Shown here piece after piece: positions 1 through 9,400 of a stretch of DNA of 64,000 bases. A model generated the notes under the pieces. That model did no database searches. It was not told the DNA's origin and saw nothing but the letters and a program-made list of their open reading frames with translations. This stretch comes from a virus (lineage: Duplodnaviria > Caudoviricetes). Within the stretch, counting starts at the first letter, position 1, and each line of letters opens with the position of its first letter. The position numbers were made by a program, and so were the translations under genes. The stretch covers positions 36,246 to 100,245 of the IMG/VR virus record IMGVR_UViG_3300047561_001243. One strand, 5' to 3'.

Positions 1-1
1 A

Positions 2-193
2 GATAACGATGATGCTGGACATAGCGCCTCAGAGGAGTTACTTAAGTGGGCCAAGGCAAAGAACAAGGGAATCTGGTTCTTTAGCTATACCCATACAGAT
101 ATGAAAGATGTGGGCGGTATGAGCAAGTCAGAGATTCTGCAGGGGTTAGAAGAGGCCCGTCACTCAATACGTGGGAAGAAGGCTTTGGCATGA
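2..193 (+). CDS. DNA primase, C-terminal part of TOPRIM domain (5'-truncated by window)
   Basis: Frame 2 reads DNDDAG...WFFSY...MKDVG, the TOPRIM DxDxAG and KD motifs; its stop overlaps the next start (ATGA). Confidence 0.75.
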   Translation, partial: DNDDAGHSASEELLKWAKAKNKGIWFFSYTHTDMKDVGGMSKSEILQGLEEARHSIRGKKALA

Positions 194-720
194 TTATTGG
201 ACTTACAGGTTACGCGCAGTCAGGTAAAGACACTTTAGCTGGAATGCTTATTGGCCTTCACGGGTACGATAACAGGGCTTTTGCTGACCCTATTCGCAAA
301 TTGTTATATGAGACAAATCCTTTACTTAAATCAGAGTACCGAGTTAAAGGGCTTGTAGATGTACACGGCTGGGATAAAGTAAAAGTTGAATACGACGAAG
401 CACGAACACTCCTTCAAAGATTGGGAGTTGCTGCTCGTACTGTTTTTGGTGAAAACTTCTGGGTAGACCAAGCATTGTCTGGTTTGTCCGAAGGAGACAA
501 GATTGTTATTACAGATGTGCGCTTCCCCAATGAAGCAGATGCCATCAAAGCTTTAGGTGGTCAAATTTGGCGAGTTAAAAGAATTGGTGTGGGAGCAGTC
601 AACAGCCACGAATCTGAAACAGCCATGGATGGATACCCAGTAAATCAAATTTTTATAAACAACGGAACACCAGAAGACCTTATGCTTTTGTTAAAAATAA
701 GGATGGGTCAATTTTCATGA
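190..720 (+). CDS. Deoxynucleoside monophosphate kinase
   Basis: IIGLTGYAQSGKDT P-loop, FADPI, RxLLQxLG and ITDVRFPNE motifs of phage dNMP kinases. Confidence 0.9.
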   Translation: MIIGLTGYAQSGKDTLAGMLIGLHGYDNRAFADPIRKLLYETNPLLKSEYRVKGLVDVHGWDKVKVEYDEARTLLQRLGVAARTVFGENFWVDQALSGLSEGDKIVITDVRFPNEADAIKALGGQIWRVKRIGVGAVNSHESETAMDGYPVNQIFINNGTPEDLMLLLKIRMGQFS

Positions 721-2306
721 CCTTTCACGGCACCCTTCTTCCTTATCAACCAGAAGCCGTTGACCGCATGTGTTCCACTAAACGCATGTTGGTTGCCTAC
801 GACCTTGGTCTTGGTAAAACAGTTTTAACCATTGCAGCAGTCGAACGTTTGTTCGATAGCGGAGACATAACAGAACCTGGTTTGGTAATATGTCTATCTA
901 GCCTTAAATACCAGTGGGCTAATCAAATTAGGAAGTTTACTGATGGTACTTCAAACCCTGTGGTCATTGACGGAACACCGTCCAAACGAGCAGAGCAATA
1001 CACGCGGCTCATTAATCGAGGGATTGATGAAGCTTCTTACATCATCCTTAATTACGAGCAGGTCGTCAACGACTGGTCATACATCGAAAAACTTCCCAGA
1101 GGATTCGTGGTCCTTGACGAAGCAACAGCTATCAAGTCTTTTAGGTCCAAGCGTTCCAAGCAAGTAAAAAAATTATCTGACTCACCGTACAAGTTTGCTT
1201 TAACTGGTACACCAATTGAAAATGGAAAACCAGAAGAGCTCTATAGCATCATGCAGTTTGTTAATCCTGAAGTACTGGGCCGCTTTGACATTTTTGATAA
1301 AAGTTTCATTGTTCGCAATCACTGGGGTGGCGTAGACCGATACCGCAATCTTCCCGTTCTACATGAACGCATGAAGTTAGCTTCAGTACGAAAGTCTCAG
1401 AAAGACTCTGATGTTGCGCCGTTTTTACCTGACTCTATTCACAAAGACCCTATTGACGTGTTTTTTGATAGGAAATCCGCACGACTCTACGAGCGCATTA
1501 AGAACGATATTCTTATAGACCTAGAGGAAGCACAAGTTCTTTTTGGTGCATCTTTTAATATCCTTGCTCATTATGGATTTGAACGCAGTGGTGGTGGCCC
1601 TGCCGATGAGTTACGAGGAAAACTTATGTCCAAAATTGGAGCACTTAAAATGCTGTGCTCCCACCCTAATTTATTACGTATCAGCGCTACTAAGTTTAAA
1701 CAGATGAATGGTGAAGGTTCAGCTTATGCTGCTTCTTTGCTAGAGGATGGTCACCTTGATGGAGTTACGGATTCTCAAAAATTAAAAGCGGTTTCGGAAT
1801 ATGTAAACAACTTTTTAGACAACGCACCTGAAAACAAAGTAGTTATATTTGCAACTCACGTAGACATGCTGCCGTTGCTTGCACATGAATTTAACGAGGA
1901 CCGCTGTAAGCTTTACTCAGGTCAACTTAACGCTAAAACAAAAGAGGAGAACAAGATTGCCTTCAATACAGACCCTAACATTCGTGTTCTTATTAGCTCT
2001 GACGCTGGCGGGTATGGAGTTGATTTACCTGCTGCCAACCTTCTTATTAATTATGACTTGCCGTGGAGCTCTGGCGCGGCTATTCAAAGAAACGGAAGAA
2101 TAAAAAGAGCATCTTCAACGTGGAAAACAATAGTTATTCAAGATTTTATTATTACTAACTCTATTGAACGCCATCAGTACGACGCACTACAGCAAAAAAG
2201 TTCTGTTGCAAACGCAATCATTGATGGTGAAGGTATTGATGATAAAGGCGGAGTACCAATTACACTTAGCAGTCTCAGCAAACATCTAAAATCAACTAAC
2301 GTATAG
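717..2306 (+). CDS. SNF2-family (SF2) helicase/ATPase
   Basis: DLGLGKT (I), LDEAT (II), LTGTPIEN (III), GYGVDL (V), QRNGRIKR (VI). Confidence 0.9.
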   Translation: MTFHGTLLPYQPEAVDRMCSTKRMLVAYDLGLGKTVLTIAAVERLFDSGDITEPGLVICLSSLKYQWANQIRKFTDGTSNPVVIDGTPSKRAEQYTRLINRGIDEASYIILNYEQVVNDWSYIEKLPRGFVVLDEATAIKSFRSKRSKQVKKLSDSPYKFALTGTPIENGKPEELYSIMQFVNPEVLGRFDIFDKSFIVRNHWGGVDRYRNLPVLHERMKLASVRKSQKDSDVAPFLPDSIHKDPIDVFFDRKSARLYERIKNDILIDLEEAQVLFGASFNILAHYGFERSGGGPADELRGKLMSKIGALKMLCSHPNLLRISATKFKQMNGEGSAYAASLLEDGHLDGVTDSQKLKAVSEYVNNFLDNAPENKVVIFATHVDMLPLLAHEFNEDRCKLYSGQLNAKTKEENKIAFNTDPNIRVLISSDAGGYGVDLPAANLLINYDLPWSSGAAIQRNGRIKRASSTWKTIVIQDFIITNSIERHQYDALQQKSSVANAIIDGEGIDDKGGVPITLSSLSKHLKSTNV

Positions 2307-2315
2307 GAGCACAAA

Positions 2316-2879
2316 TTGGTAACGCCAGTAGAAGTTTTTTTAAGCCGAGCAGAGTACAAGCAGGCAATAGATGTTGGAGTTGAGAGAAGTTTTAAGCATA
2401 GACATGAAGACGGCGAGCGCCTTGGAACTACTTACAGGACTGGACGAAAGCTTCCAGATATTGCAGGGGAGATTTTGGCTTGTATGGCAGAGCTAGCTGT
2501 TGCTAAATTTTATGAGACTGAATGGAACTCAGTCCCTTGGGATTTAAACATTCACTCAGATATGAAACGAGCCCCAGACGTTGAGCCTAACTTTGAAGTC
2601 CGCCGTATTAATGACCGCGGAGGCGCACTCTCACTTCGCCATGATGATGAGCGTTCTAAGGTAGCCGTGCTGGCTTATGTAGACTGGGAGAACTCACAAA
2701 AGGTTGTCTTGATAGGTGGAATCCTTGTTGCAGATGCTATGGACTTATCTGTTGAGTCTAGTAAAGCCGTTCAAGGCGACAATTACATTCACTTTACTAA
2801 AGACAATAACTACGTAGTTATGCAGGACGGGCTTTATGATGTCCGTACATTTGACCCTGTTTTAACAAAGAATCGCTAA
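2316..2879 (+). CDS. Hypothetical protein, possible PD-(D/E)xK nuclease fold
   Basis: 187-aa ORF; AELAVAK...PDV..FEVR pattern loosely resembles restriction-endonuclease-fold proteins. Confidence 0.4.
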   Translation: MVTPVEVFLSRAEYKQAIDVGVERSFKHRHEDGERLGTTYRTGRKLPDIAGEILACMAELAVAKFYETEWNSVPWDLNIHSDMKRAPDVEPNFEVRRINDRGGALSLRHDDERSKVAVLAYVDWENSQKVVLIGGILVADAMDLSVESSKAVQGDNYIHFTKDNNYVVMQDGLYDVRTFDPVLTKNR

Positions 2880-2891
2880 TAAACTAGGTAT

Positions 2892-3038
2892 ATGCCTAAT
2901 GCACCCAAGACACCTACGCGCACCATCCGAGTCGCAGACGACCTATGGAAGTCCGTGCAGTACAAAGCCGCTAAAGATGGCGTTACAGTTACCAGTATTA
3001 TTATTGCAGCCCTGGAAGCATACCTAAAAGATGAGTAA
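2892..3038 (+). CDS. Ribbon-helix-helix DNA-binding protein (not in ORF track)
   Basis: Translates MPNAPKTPTRTIRVADDLWKSVQYKAAKDGVTVTSIIIAALEAYLKDE, a typical RHH pattern. Confidence 0.8.
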   Translation: MPNAPKTPTRTIRVADDLWKSVQYKAAKDGVTVTSIIIAALEAYLKDE

Positions 3039-3174
3039 GCACCTAGACAAAATTAAAAAAGCTTTAGAACAACGAATTAGCTCGACGCCAAACGGTGCTG
3101 GCTATAAAAAACCTGGAAGCATGAATAAGAAAAAAACAGGCTACAGGGGACACAGGGCCAAAGGGGCCAATTGA
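3031..3174 (+). CDS. Small basic hypothetical protein (not in ORF track)
   Basis: MSKHLDKIKKALEQRISSTPNGAGYKKPGSMNKKKTGYRGHRAKGAN; overlaps the upstream stop. Confidence 0.55.
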   Translation: MSKHLDKIKKALEQRISSTPNGAGYKKPGSMNKKKTGYRGHRAKGAN

Positions 3175-3230
3175 TTTGACAGCAGTACACCCAACGCATA
3201 TTGTTGGGCATGAATCTAAGGGGGGTTCTT

Positions 3231-3638
3231 ATGGATACTACACAAATCCAAGCATATATTCGACAGTACGCTGGTCTTAGAGACCAGCTTAAAGAAACAA
3301 CAGAGCGTCAATCACAAATTAAAACACTACTGGAACAAGAAATTGATGCCAGTGGTGAGGTTGACGGCCGTGGTCACATAACTCTTGAAGTTGGGGATGA
3401 GACGGTTGGCGTCGCTTCTATTTCAAAACAAAAACGAGTTTCACAATCATTAGATATTGATGTCGCAGAGTCTTTATTAAAAGAAAAAGAACTTTATGAT
3501 TTATGTATAACAATGGTTCCTCAGATTAACGAGGATGCAATCATGGCTTCTTACTATGAGGGCAAGTTGACAGAGGAGGACATTGACAAAATGTTCAACA
3601 AAAAAGTTTCCTACGCATTCCTTTTAAACAAGGGGTAA
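3231..3638 (+). CDS. Hypothetical coiled-coil protein in replication cluster
   Basis: ORF with AAGGGGG SD before ATG 3231. Confidence 0.6.
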   Translation: MDTTQIQAYIRQYAGLRDQLKETTERQSQIKTLLEQEIDASGEVDGRGHITLEVGDETVGVASISKQKRVSQSLDIDVAESLLKEKELYDLCITMVPQINEDAIMASYYEGKLTEEDIDKMFNKKVSYAFLLNKG

Positions 3639-3640
3639 GT

Positions 3641-4111
3641 ATGGAGAACGAGTTCATTGATGACTTGTTTGCTGACGTGGATAAGTTTTATCCCAACAGC
3701 AAACGTAAGCGTCGTGAACCTAAGCAGCAGGAGATTATTTCAACTGCTGGTTGGGATGCCAAACCTTACATCAAGACATTACCTAACGGATTAGATGTTG
3801 AGATGTTTACCATCGGGGCTTTGGCTAATGCGCTTGGTAGACCAATACCAACCATACGACTGTGGATGAAAGAGGGAAACCTTCCTCATTCACCATACAG
3901 ACTCCCAACAAAAAAAGATGTACATGGCAATGACCACGCAGGTCGCAGGCTTTACACAAGGCCTATGATTGAAGTAGCCATGGAATTATTTACGAGGGCT
4001 GGACTTATGAACGGCAAACGTATAGAGTGGTCACAAAACCGTCAGGTATCAAAAGAGCTTGACGAGGCGTGGAGCAATCTACGCGAAGCCGACAAACTAT
4101 CAAAGGAATGA
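3641..4111 (+). CDS. MerR-like helix-turn-helix DNA-binding protein
   Basis: FTIGALANALGRPIPTIRLWMKEGNLP...GRRLYT matches the MerR-type wHTH. Confidence 0.75.
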   Translation: MENEFIDDLFADVDKFYPNSKRKRREPKQQEIISTAGWDAKPYIKTLPNGLDVEMFTIGALANALGRPIPTIRLWMKEGNLPHSPYRLPTKKDVHGNDHAGRRLYTRPMIEVAMELFTRAGLMNGKRIEWSQNRQVSKELDEAWSNLREADKLSKE

Positions 4112-4112
4112 A

Positions 4113-4802
4113 ATGACAGCAAACACAGTACCATCTGCTGACAATTACATCGTTGAAGAGAGTGAATTCTCTGTCGATGAACGTCCAGCGCAAGCAACAA
4201 GCACATCATCAGTTGTTGCCTCAGGTTGGGATGCAGCCGACCTAGCAACACCACAGCAATCAGAAGGTTTTCCTACTGAGTACAAGCATTCTGAGCAACC
4301 ACAGGTTGTAAAGTTCCTAGACCAAAATGGTCCATTTGCAGTATTCAAGTTGCACTTCTTAGCAGGGAAGCCTGGAAAGAAGTCTTACCTTTGCCTAAAC
4401 ACAAACGGTCAGACTAATTGCCCACTTTGCTCAGTACTACACCACAAGCCAGAAGATAAGAAAGCATTTTCTGTCGTTAATTTTTCTGCAGAAGGTGGTC
4501 CACAGCGTCAGATTCTTGTCGCAACACCACGTTTCTATAAGAACCTACACCTTGCTCATTTCTCACCACAGGGTCCTTTAACAAAGAACTACTGGTCAAT
4601 TTCACGCACTGGCAAGATGCAAACAACCGTTTACCACATGCAGGCTATCAAAGCCCGTGACCTCTCAGAAGATTGGGCTCCGTTAAACGAGACCGATTGT
4701 GAGGCATTCGTTGCTACCGCAACACCATTCGAGGCTTCGCTTTACCGCGAAACACCGTATGCAGAACTTCTTGAGATTGCACAAGAACAGCTCGGTAGTT
4801 AA
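4113..4802 (+). CDS. Single-stranded DNA-binding protein (gp32-like, Zn-binding)
   Basis: H...YLC...NCPLC metal motif, ISRTGKMQTTVY OB-fold segment, located directly before DNA polymerase. Confidence 0.65.
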   Translation: MTANTVPSADNYIVEESEFSVDERPAQATSTSSVVASGWDAADLATPQQSEGFPTEYKHSEQPQVVKFLDQNGPFAVFKLHFLAGKPGKKSYLCLNTNGQTNCPLCSVLHHKPEDKKAFSVVNFSAEGGPQRQILVATPRFYKNLHLAHFSPQGPLTKNYWSISRTGKMQTTVYHMQAIKARDLSEDWAPLNETDCEAFVATATPFEASLYRETPYAELLEIAQEQLGS

Positions 4803-4817
4803 CGTACAATAGAGAAC

Positions 4818-4873
4818 ACTGAAGAGGCTTCGGTTATCCCCTTTCTTGAAGCCTCTTCAGTCTATTAAGGGGA
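4818..4873 (+). promoter_or_regulatory. polA leader hairpin (14-bp stem) with anti-Shine-Dalgarno in its loop
   Basis: ACTGAAGAGGCTTC/GAAGCCTCTTCAGT stem; loop TCCCCTT (4837-4843) is complementary to SD AAGGGGA (4867-4873). Confidence 0.6.
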
Positions 4874-4880
4874 AATAGAC

Positions 4881-6857
4881 GTGGCATTAATTCTTACAAA
4901 AGAAGCCTTGAATGAAATGGTTTCTTATTACCTAACACAAGATGCTTTTGCATTTGACGTTGAGACAATGGGTGAAGATGCCCTGTTGACTCCAATTAAT
5001 ACCGTTGTATGGATTACTTTATCTACTTATGGGCGCACAGATGTTATTCCCATGGGGCATCCAAACGGTGAATACGTAGAAACTTTACGCCCACTTACTG
5101 GTCAGGGACAAAAAAGAGTGGATGCTGGATTACCAGCACGCCCAAGTGATTATTCAGTAAGCGATAAGTTAGCAACTAAACTTTTTAGTGAGCCACCTGC
5201 GCAGCTTTTTCCCGCAGAAGTTTTTAACGCATTAAAACCTTTATTTTTTAACGAAAACATTTTAACTATTGGTCACAATTTAATCTTTGACCTTTGCTCT
5301 GTCACTAAATACTTTGGCGGTGATGTTCCAGTAGGTCCTTACTTTGATACCATGGTTGCTTCTTTTATTTATGACAATCGTAACAAAGGTCGTTGCAGTT
5401 TAGACGAATGCCTTAAACGAGAGTTGGGGTATGAGATGGTCAAGGGCGTTGGTAAAGCTATTAATAAGTTTTCTTTTTCTGAGGTTCAAAAGTACGCGTA
5501 TTTAGATGCAAAGTACACATGGGAACTGTGGAAGAAGTTAATACCAAAATTGGAAGAGGCTAAAGTTACTAAAGTAATGGCACTGGAGATGGATGTCTTA
5601 CGCGTTCTTTGCGACATGAAGTTAACTGGCGCCCTTATTGACCAAGTCTCTTTAAAGATTTTACACGACCAGTTAGAGATTGACATTGATTTAAAGCGTG
5701 CTGAGATTTATAAAGCAGCTGGCCGTCATTTTAATATTAACTCAATTCCAGAGCGTCAAGCTTTGTTATACAAGCCTAAGGCAGAGGGTGGTCGAGGACT
5801 AAAGACAACTATTATGACCGTTAAAGGCAAAGATAAAAAAATGAATTCCGAGCAAGAGATTATCTATACAGATTACTCTACTTCAGCTGAATCACTTGCC
5901 GAGAACGCTGGTAAAGACCCACTTGCCAAATTACTAGTTGAGTACGCAGATTTGAATAAGTTGATGACAACTTACGTAATCCCCTATCTTGGCGGAGATG
6001 TTACTAAAACAGTTAACGGAACTTCTAAAGTTGAGGTGCGCGAAAGCCTGCTTATCAACGGACGCATTCATTGTGATTTTGTACAGATTGGTGCAGAAAC
6101 TGGACGTTTTTCTAGTAAGAACCCTAACCTTCAGAATGTTCCAAACCCAGCCACAGCTCATGGTAAAGCGATTCGCAATCTTTTTATTTCGCCCGAGGGG
6201 TACAAACTTATAGTTGCAGACTACTCACAGATTGAACCAAGAATAATTGCATCCATGTCAGGTGACCCAATTATGTTAGAGGCGTATAAAAATAAAGAAG
6301 ATATTTATACTGCCGTTGCCAAGACAATGGGGGTTAACCGTGCCGCTGGTAAAACTTTGGTTCTTGCCATGGCCTATGGTGTTGGTCCAGACAAAATTGC
6401 ACGCAGTGTTGGCTGTAAACTAAAAGAAGCACGTGAGCTTTTATCAGACTTTTCTGAGAAGTTTTCTTCTGTAGGTCTTTACAAACTAAAGGTTATTGGT
6501 ATTGCTAAGAAGAACCGTTACGTTACGACCGTCACAGGTCGCCGTCGTTACCTTCCAGACATAGTTTCAAGGGACCGAGACCGCCAAGGTACTGCTGAGC
6601 GCCAAGCGTTTAACACTGTCATTCAGGGTACTGCAGCCGACATTATGAAAATTGCCATGGTCAGGGCACATAAAATGATTCCCAAAGAAGCTAGACTGCT
6701 TCTTACTGTTCACGACGAGCTTGTTACCATGACCCCAGAACATTTGACCGATGTAACCGTTAAGGCAATTAGAGATGCCATGGAGGATATTCACATGTTA
6801 AAGATTCCTTTAATTGCAGACATCACCGTTGTTGACCGTTGGGGAGAGGCAAAATGA
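4881..6857 (+). CDS. polA: DNA polymerase family A (3'-5' exonuclease + polymerase, no 5'-3' exonuclease)
   Basis: FDVET, GHNLIFD, YAYLDA exonuclease motifs; TGRFSSKNPNLQN, ADYSQIEPR (A), GKTLVLAMAYG (B), LTVHDEL (C). Confidence 0.95.
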   Translation: MALILTKEALNEMVSYYLTQDAFAFDVETMGEDALLTPINTVVWITLSTYGRTDVIPMGHPNGEYVETLRPLTGQGQKRVDAGLPARPSDYSVSDKLATKLFSEPPAQLFPAEVFNALKPLFFNENILTIGHNLIFDLCSVTKYFGGDVPVGPYFDTMVASFIYDNRNKGRCSLDECLKRELGYEMVKGVGKAINKFSFSEVQKYAYLDAKYTWELWKKLIPKLEEAKVTKVMALEMDVLRVLCDMKLTGALIDQVSLKILHDQLEIDIDLKRAEIYKAAGRHFNINSIPERQALLYKPKAEGGRGLKTTIMTVKGKDKKMNSEQEIIYTDYSTSAESLAENAGKDPLAKLLVEYADLNKLMTTYVIPYLGGDVTKTVNGTSKVEVRESLLINGRIHCDFVQIGAETGRFSSKNPNLQNVPNPATAHGKAIRNLFISPEGYKLIVADYSQIEPRIIASMSGDPIMLEAYKNKEDIYTAVAKTMGVNRAAGKTLVLAMAYGVGPDKIARSVGCKLKEARELLSDFSEKFSSVGLYKLKVIGIAKKNRYVTTVTGRRRYLPDIVSRDRDRQGTAERQAFNTVIQGTAADIMKIAMVRAHKMIPKEARLLLTVHDELVTMTPEHLTDVTVKAIRDAMEDIHMLKIPLIADITVVDRWGEAK

Positions 6858-7363
6858 GTCGTTTATTTGATTGGTTTAAAAAGAAAAAAGACCAAGAACC
6901 TTTATTTGATTTAGAAAGTGCGCCAGAAGCAGAGTTTCTTGCTGGTACTACTTTAATGCGTTGGTATTTATACGACCTAGACGTTGCAAATCCAGAAGCA
7001 TTGGCAAGCCGTTTAGCGCTTCCATATATTAGTGAAGAAGGCTCTGAAAAAGAAAAACAAGATAGTGATATTCGCATGAGCCTAGTAGAAAACTATGAGC
7101 CTTTTATAAAAATGATGGCTGAGATAAGTGGAACTGTTATTAACAAAATACAAGACGAATACTTTGAAAACCATCTTAGGGACCACTTTCCAGACGTAAC
7201 CGAGGAAGAAATTGTTTCCCTGAGGGAAGTTAGGGCTGAGAACGCAGAGTTTTTTGACCAAATAGGTTTTGCAGCAGCGTTATTTACGTTATCCGTAGGC
7301 TTTCATGTAGGATTATTCCTTCCAGGACCCGTACTACAAACAAAGGAAATAGATGAGCTCTAA
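6854..7363 (+). CDS. Hypothetical protein
   Basis: Acidic ORF coupled to polA by ATGA overlap. Confidence 0.6.
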   Translation: MSRLFDWFKKKKDQEPLFDLESAPEAEFLAGTTLMRWYLYDLDVANPEALASRLALPYISEEGSEKEKQDSDIRMSLVENYEPFIKMMAEISGTVINKIQDEYFENHLRDHFPDVTEEEIVSLREVRAENAEFFDQIGFAAALFTLSVGFHVGLFLPGPVLQTKEIDEL

Positions 7364-7712
7364 TTGGTGGGCAAGCAAACTCGGTGGTCAACCAACCACC
7401 ACATCAGCACCAGTACAGGCATCCCCTCAGTACCAGATGCCACAGTCACAACCTGTCCCAATGCAACAACCTCCATTCATACCATCACAGCAACAAGTAT
7501 CTCGTTGCCCTGGTTGTGGTAGTGGTAACTATGGCGGAACAACTGAGTCCCGCCCACGTTGCTACGATTGCGGGTATCCAATCCAACAATCAGGTAGCGG
7601 TGTTGGTAAGGGAATTACAGGCGGACCACAAGCAACAGGTCCAACTCAAGCAGCAGTACAAGTGCCAACGGGCGGTTGGAATCCACAAGGAATCATTGGA
7701 CGTATTGAATAA
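7353..7712 (+). CDS. Zinc-ribbon protein with Q/P-rich flanks
   Basis: RCPGCGSGNY...RCYDCGYP. Confidence 0.65.
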   Translation: MSSNWWASKLGGQPTTTSAPVQASPQYQMPQSQPVPMQQPPFIPSQQQVSRCPGCGSGNYGGTTESRPRCYDCGYPIQQSGSGVGKGITGGPQATGPTQAAVQVPTGGWNPQGIIGRIE

Positions 7713-8773
7713 TGAAAACATCAGGAGCGTTACTAAAAGCAATTAACAGTATTAATAAGAAGTTAGGCGATGACACAATTGTTAAAGCTTCTGATGTTCG
7801 TAAAGACGTGGCAGCTCGTTTTCCAACAGGTTCGTTAGCACTAGATTGCGCTCTTGGTGGCGGTTGGCCAGTAAATCAATGGCATGAATTAGTTGGAGAA
7901 GCCAGTAACGGTAAGACAGCTATTGCTTTAAAAACTATTGCAGCTAATCAAAAGCGAGACCCCGATTTCACCACCGTGTGGGTAGCAGCTGAACAATGGG
8001 TGCCATCATATGCAGAAATGTGTGGGGTAGATACTTCCCGTGTATACGTCATAGCAGATAACAGACTAGAGGAGGCTTTAGATGCCGTTGTTGAAATCGT
8101 TCAAACCAAGGATGTGGATTGCATTGTTGTTGATAGCCTTCCTGCCCTCGTTCCTAACGCAGAAGATGAGAAAGAAATGGGCGAAGCAACGGTAGGTCGT
8201 GCCGCCCTTGGACTTAATAAGTTTTGGAGAAAGATTGGTAAGGCGTCACGTAGAAGCTTGGTTCATGAAGAGAGACCATTTATTGGCCTCATGGTCAACC
8301 AGTGGCGTTCAAAGATTGGGGCATATGGAGACCCTAGAACAACCCCTGGAGGCCAAGGCAAAGACTATGCCTATTTCACACGTTTAGAGATTAAACGCGA
8401 TGACTGGATTAAACAGGGCACAGGTTCTGACGCCCCAAAGGTTGGGCAAACCATCAAAGTTAGAGTGTTAAAGAACAAGACAACAGCACCTCAACAGGTA
8501 GCCATGTTGGACTTTTATTTTTCAAACACAGAGAGATTTGATGCTGGAGATTTTGATTCAGCTAAAGAAATTTTGGCGCTAGGTATTATCAACAAAGTCA
8601 TTGTCCGAGCAGGCGCTTACTATCGGTATGCCGAGCGTCAATGGATGGGGCAAGATGCTATGCTTGCGTCATTGAGGGAAGAAATTGACCTCAAAGAGAC
8701 ACTGGAGAAGGACGTTCTAAACAGCGTTCTGTTGAGCTCAAAGTATGTTGCTGATTCTTCCGATGAAGAGTAA
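7712..8773 (+). CDS. recA: RecA recombinase
   Basis: TGSLALDCALGGG, GEASNGKT Walker A, IVVDSLPAL Walker B, NQWR, TTPGG, KNKT. Confidence 0.95.
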   Translation: MKTSGALLKAINSINKKLGDDTIVKASDVRKDVAARFPTGSLALDCALGGGWPVNQWHELVGEASNGKTAIALKTIAANQKRDPDFTTVWVAAEQWVPSYAEMCGVDTSRVYVIADNRLEEALDAVVEIVQTKDVDCIVVDSLPALVPNAEDEKEMGEATVGRAALGLNKFWRKIGKASRRSLVHEERPFIGLMVNQWRSKIGAYGDPRTTPGGQGKDYAYFTRLEIKRDDWIKQGTGSDAPKVGQTIKVRVLKNKTTAPQQVAMLDFYFSNTERFDAGDFDSAKEILALGIINKVIVRAGAYYRYAERQWMGQDAMLASLREEIDLKETLEKDVLNSVLLSSKYVADSSDEE

Positions 8774-9104
8774 GGGACAGAAAGAGTCAAAGAAACACGA
8801 GGTACGACTCGCTAAAGAAATCGGTGGGAAACGAAACGCTGGGAGTGGCGCTTTCTGGAGTCGGAAGGGTGATGTTAGAGCCGCTAATGTTCTTATTGAA
8901 CATAAGTGGACTGGCAAAACTCAATTTACCGTCAAAGCGGTAGAACTTGAGAAGATAGTTACAGAAGCAATTCTGGACCATCGCACACCCGTCCTCGGAT
9001 TCCATCTCAACGGTGAAAACTATGTGATGCTTACTGAAGACGATTTCCTTGAGTTCTACCATAAACTCCAGGAGCATCTTAATTGTACAAAGGCGACGAG
9101 CTAG
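8763..9104 (+). CDS. PD-(D/E)xK endonuclease, Holliday-junction-resolvase-like
   Basis: E...GSGA...KGDV...LIEHK motif. Confidence 0.7.
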   Translation: MKSKGQKESKKHEVRLAKEIGGKRNAGSGAFWSRKGDVRAANVLIEHKWTGKTQFTVKAVELEKIVTEAILDHRTPVLGFHLNGENYVMLTEDDFLEFYHKLQEHLNCTKATS

Positions 9105-9391
9105 ACCGTTGGGAAAATCATGCTAAGTGTCGAGGGTTAGATACAGAACTTTGGTTTCCACCCAGAGATAAAGCAAAATATAAAGACATTGCCGATAAAG
9201 CAAAGGCTATCTGTCTAGGTAAGGATGGTAAACCTGAATGTCCAGTGCGCAAAGAGTGTTTGCTCTACGCGCTTAAAATGGACGAACAACACGGTATCTG
9301 GGGTGGGTTAAGCCACAGAGAGCGCAACGCTTTACAACGTAAGGCAACTCGTAATAAGATGTCTGTTAAGGAATGGATATCAAACAACTAA
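9083..9391 (+). CDS. whiB: WhiB-family Fe-S transcription factor
   Basis: AKC...WFP...AKAIC...CPVRKECL...GIWGGLS. Confidence 0.95.
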   Translation: MYKGDELDRWENHAKCRGLDTELWFPPRDKAKYKDIADKAKAICLGKDGKPECPVRKECLLYALKMDEQHGIWGGLSHRERNALQRKATRNKMSVKEWISNN

Positions 9392-9400
9392 AGGGGAATC

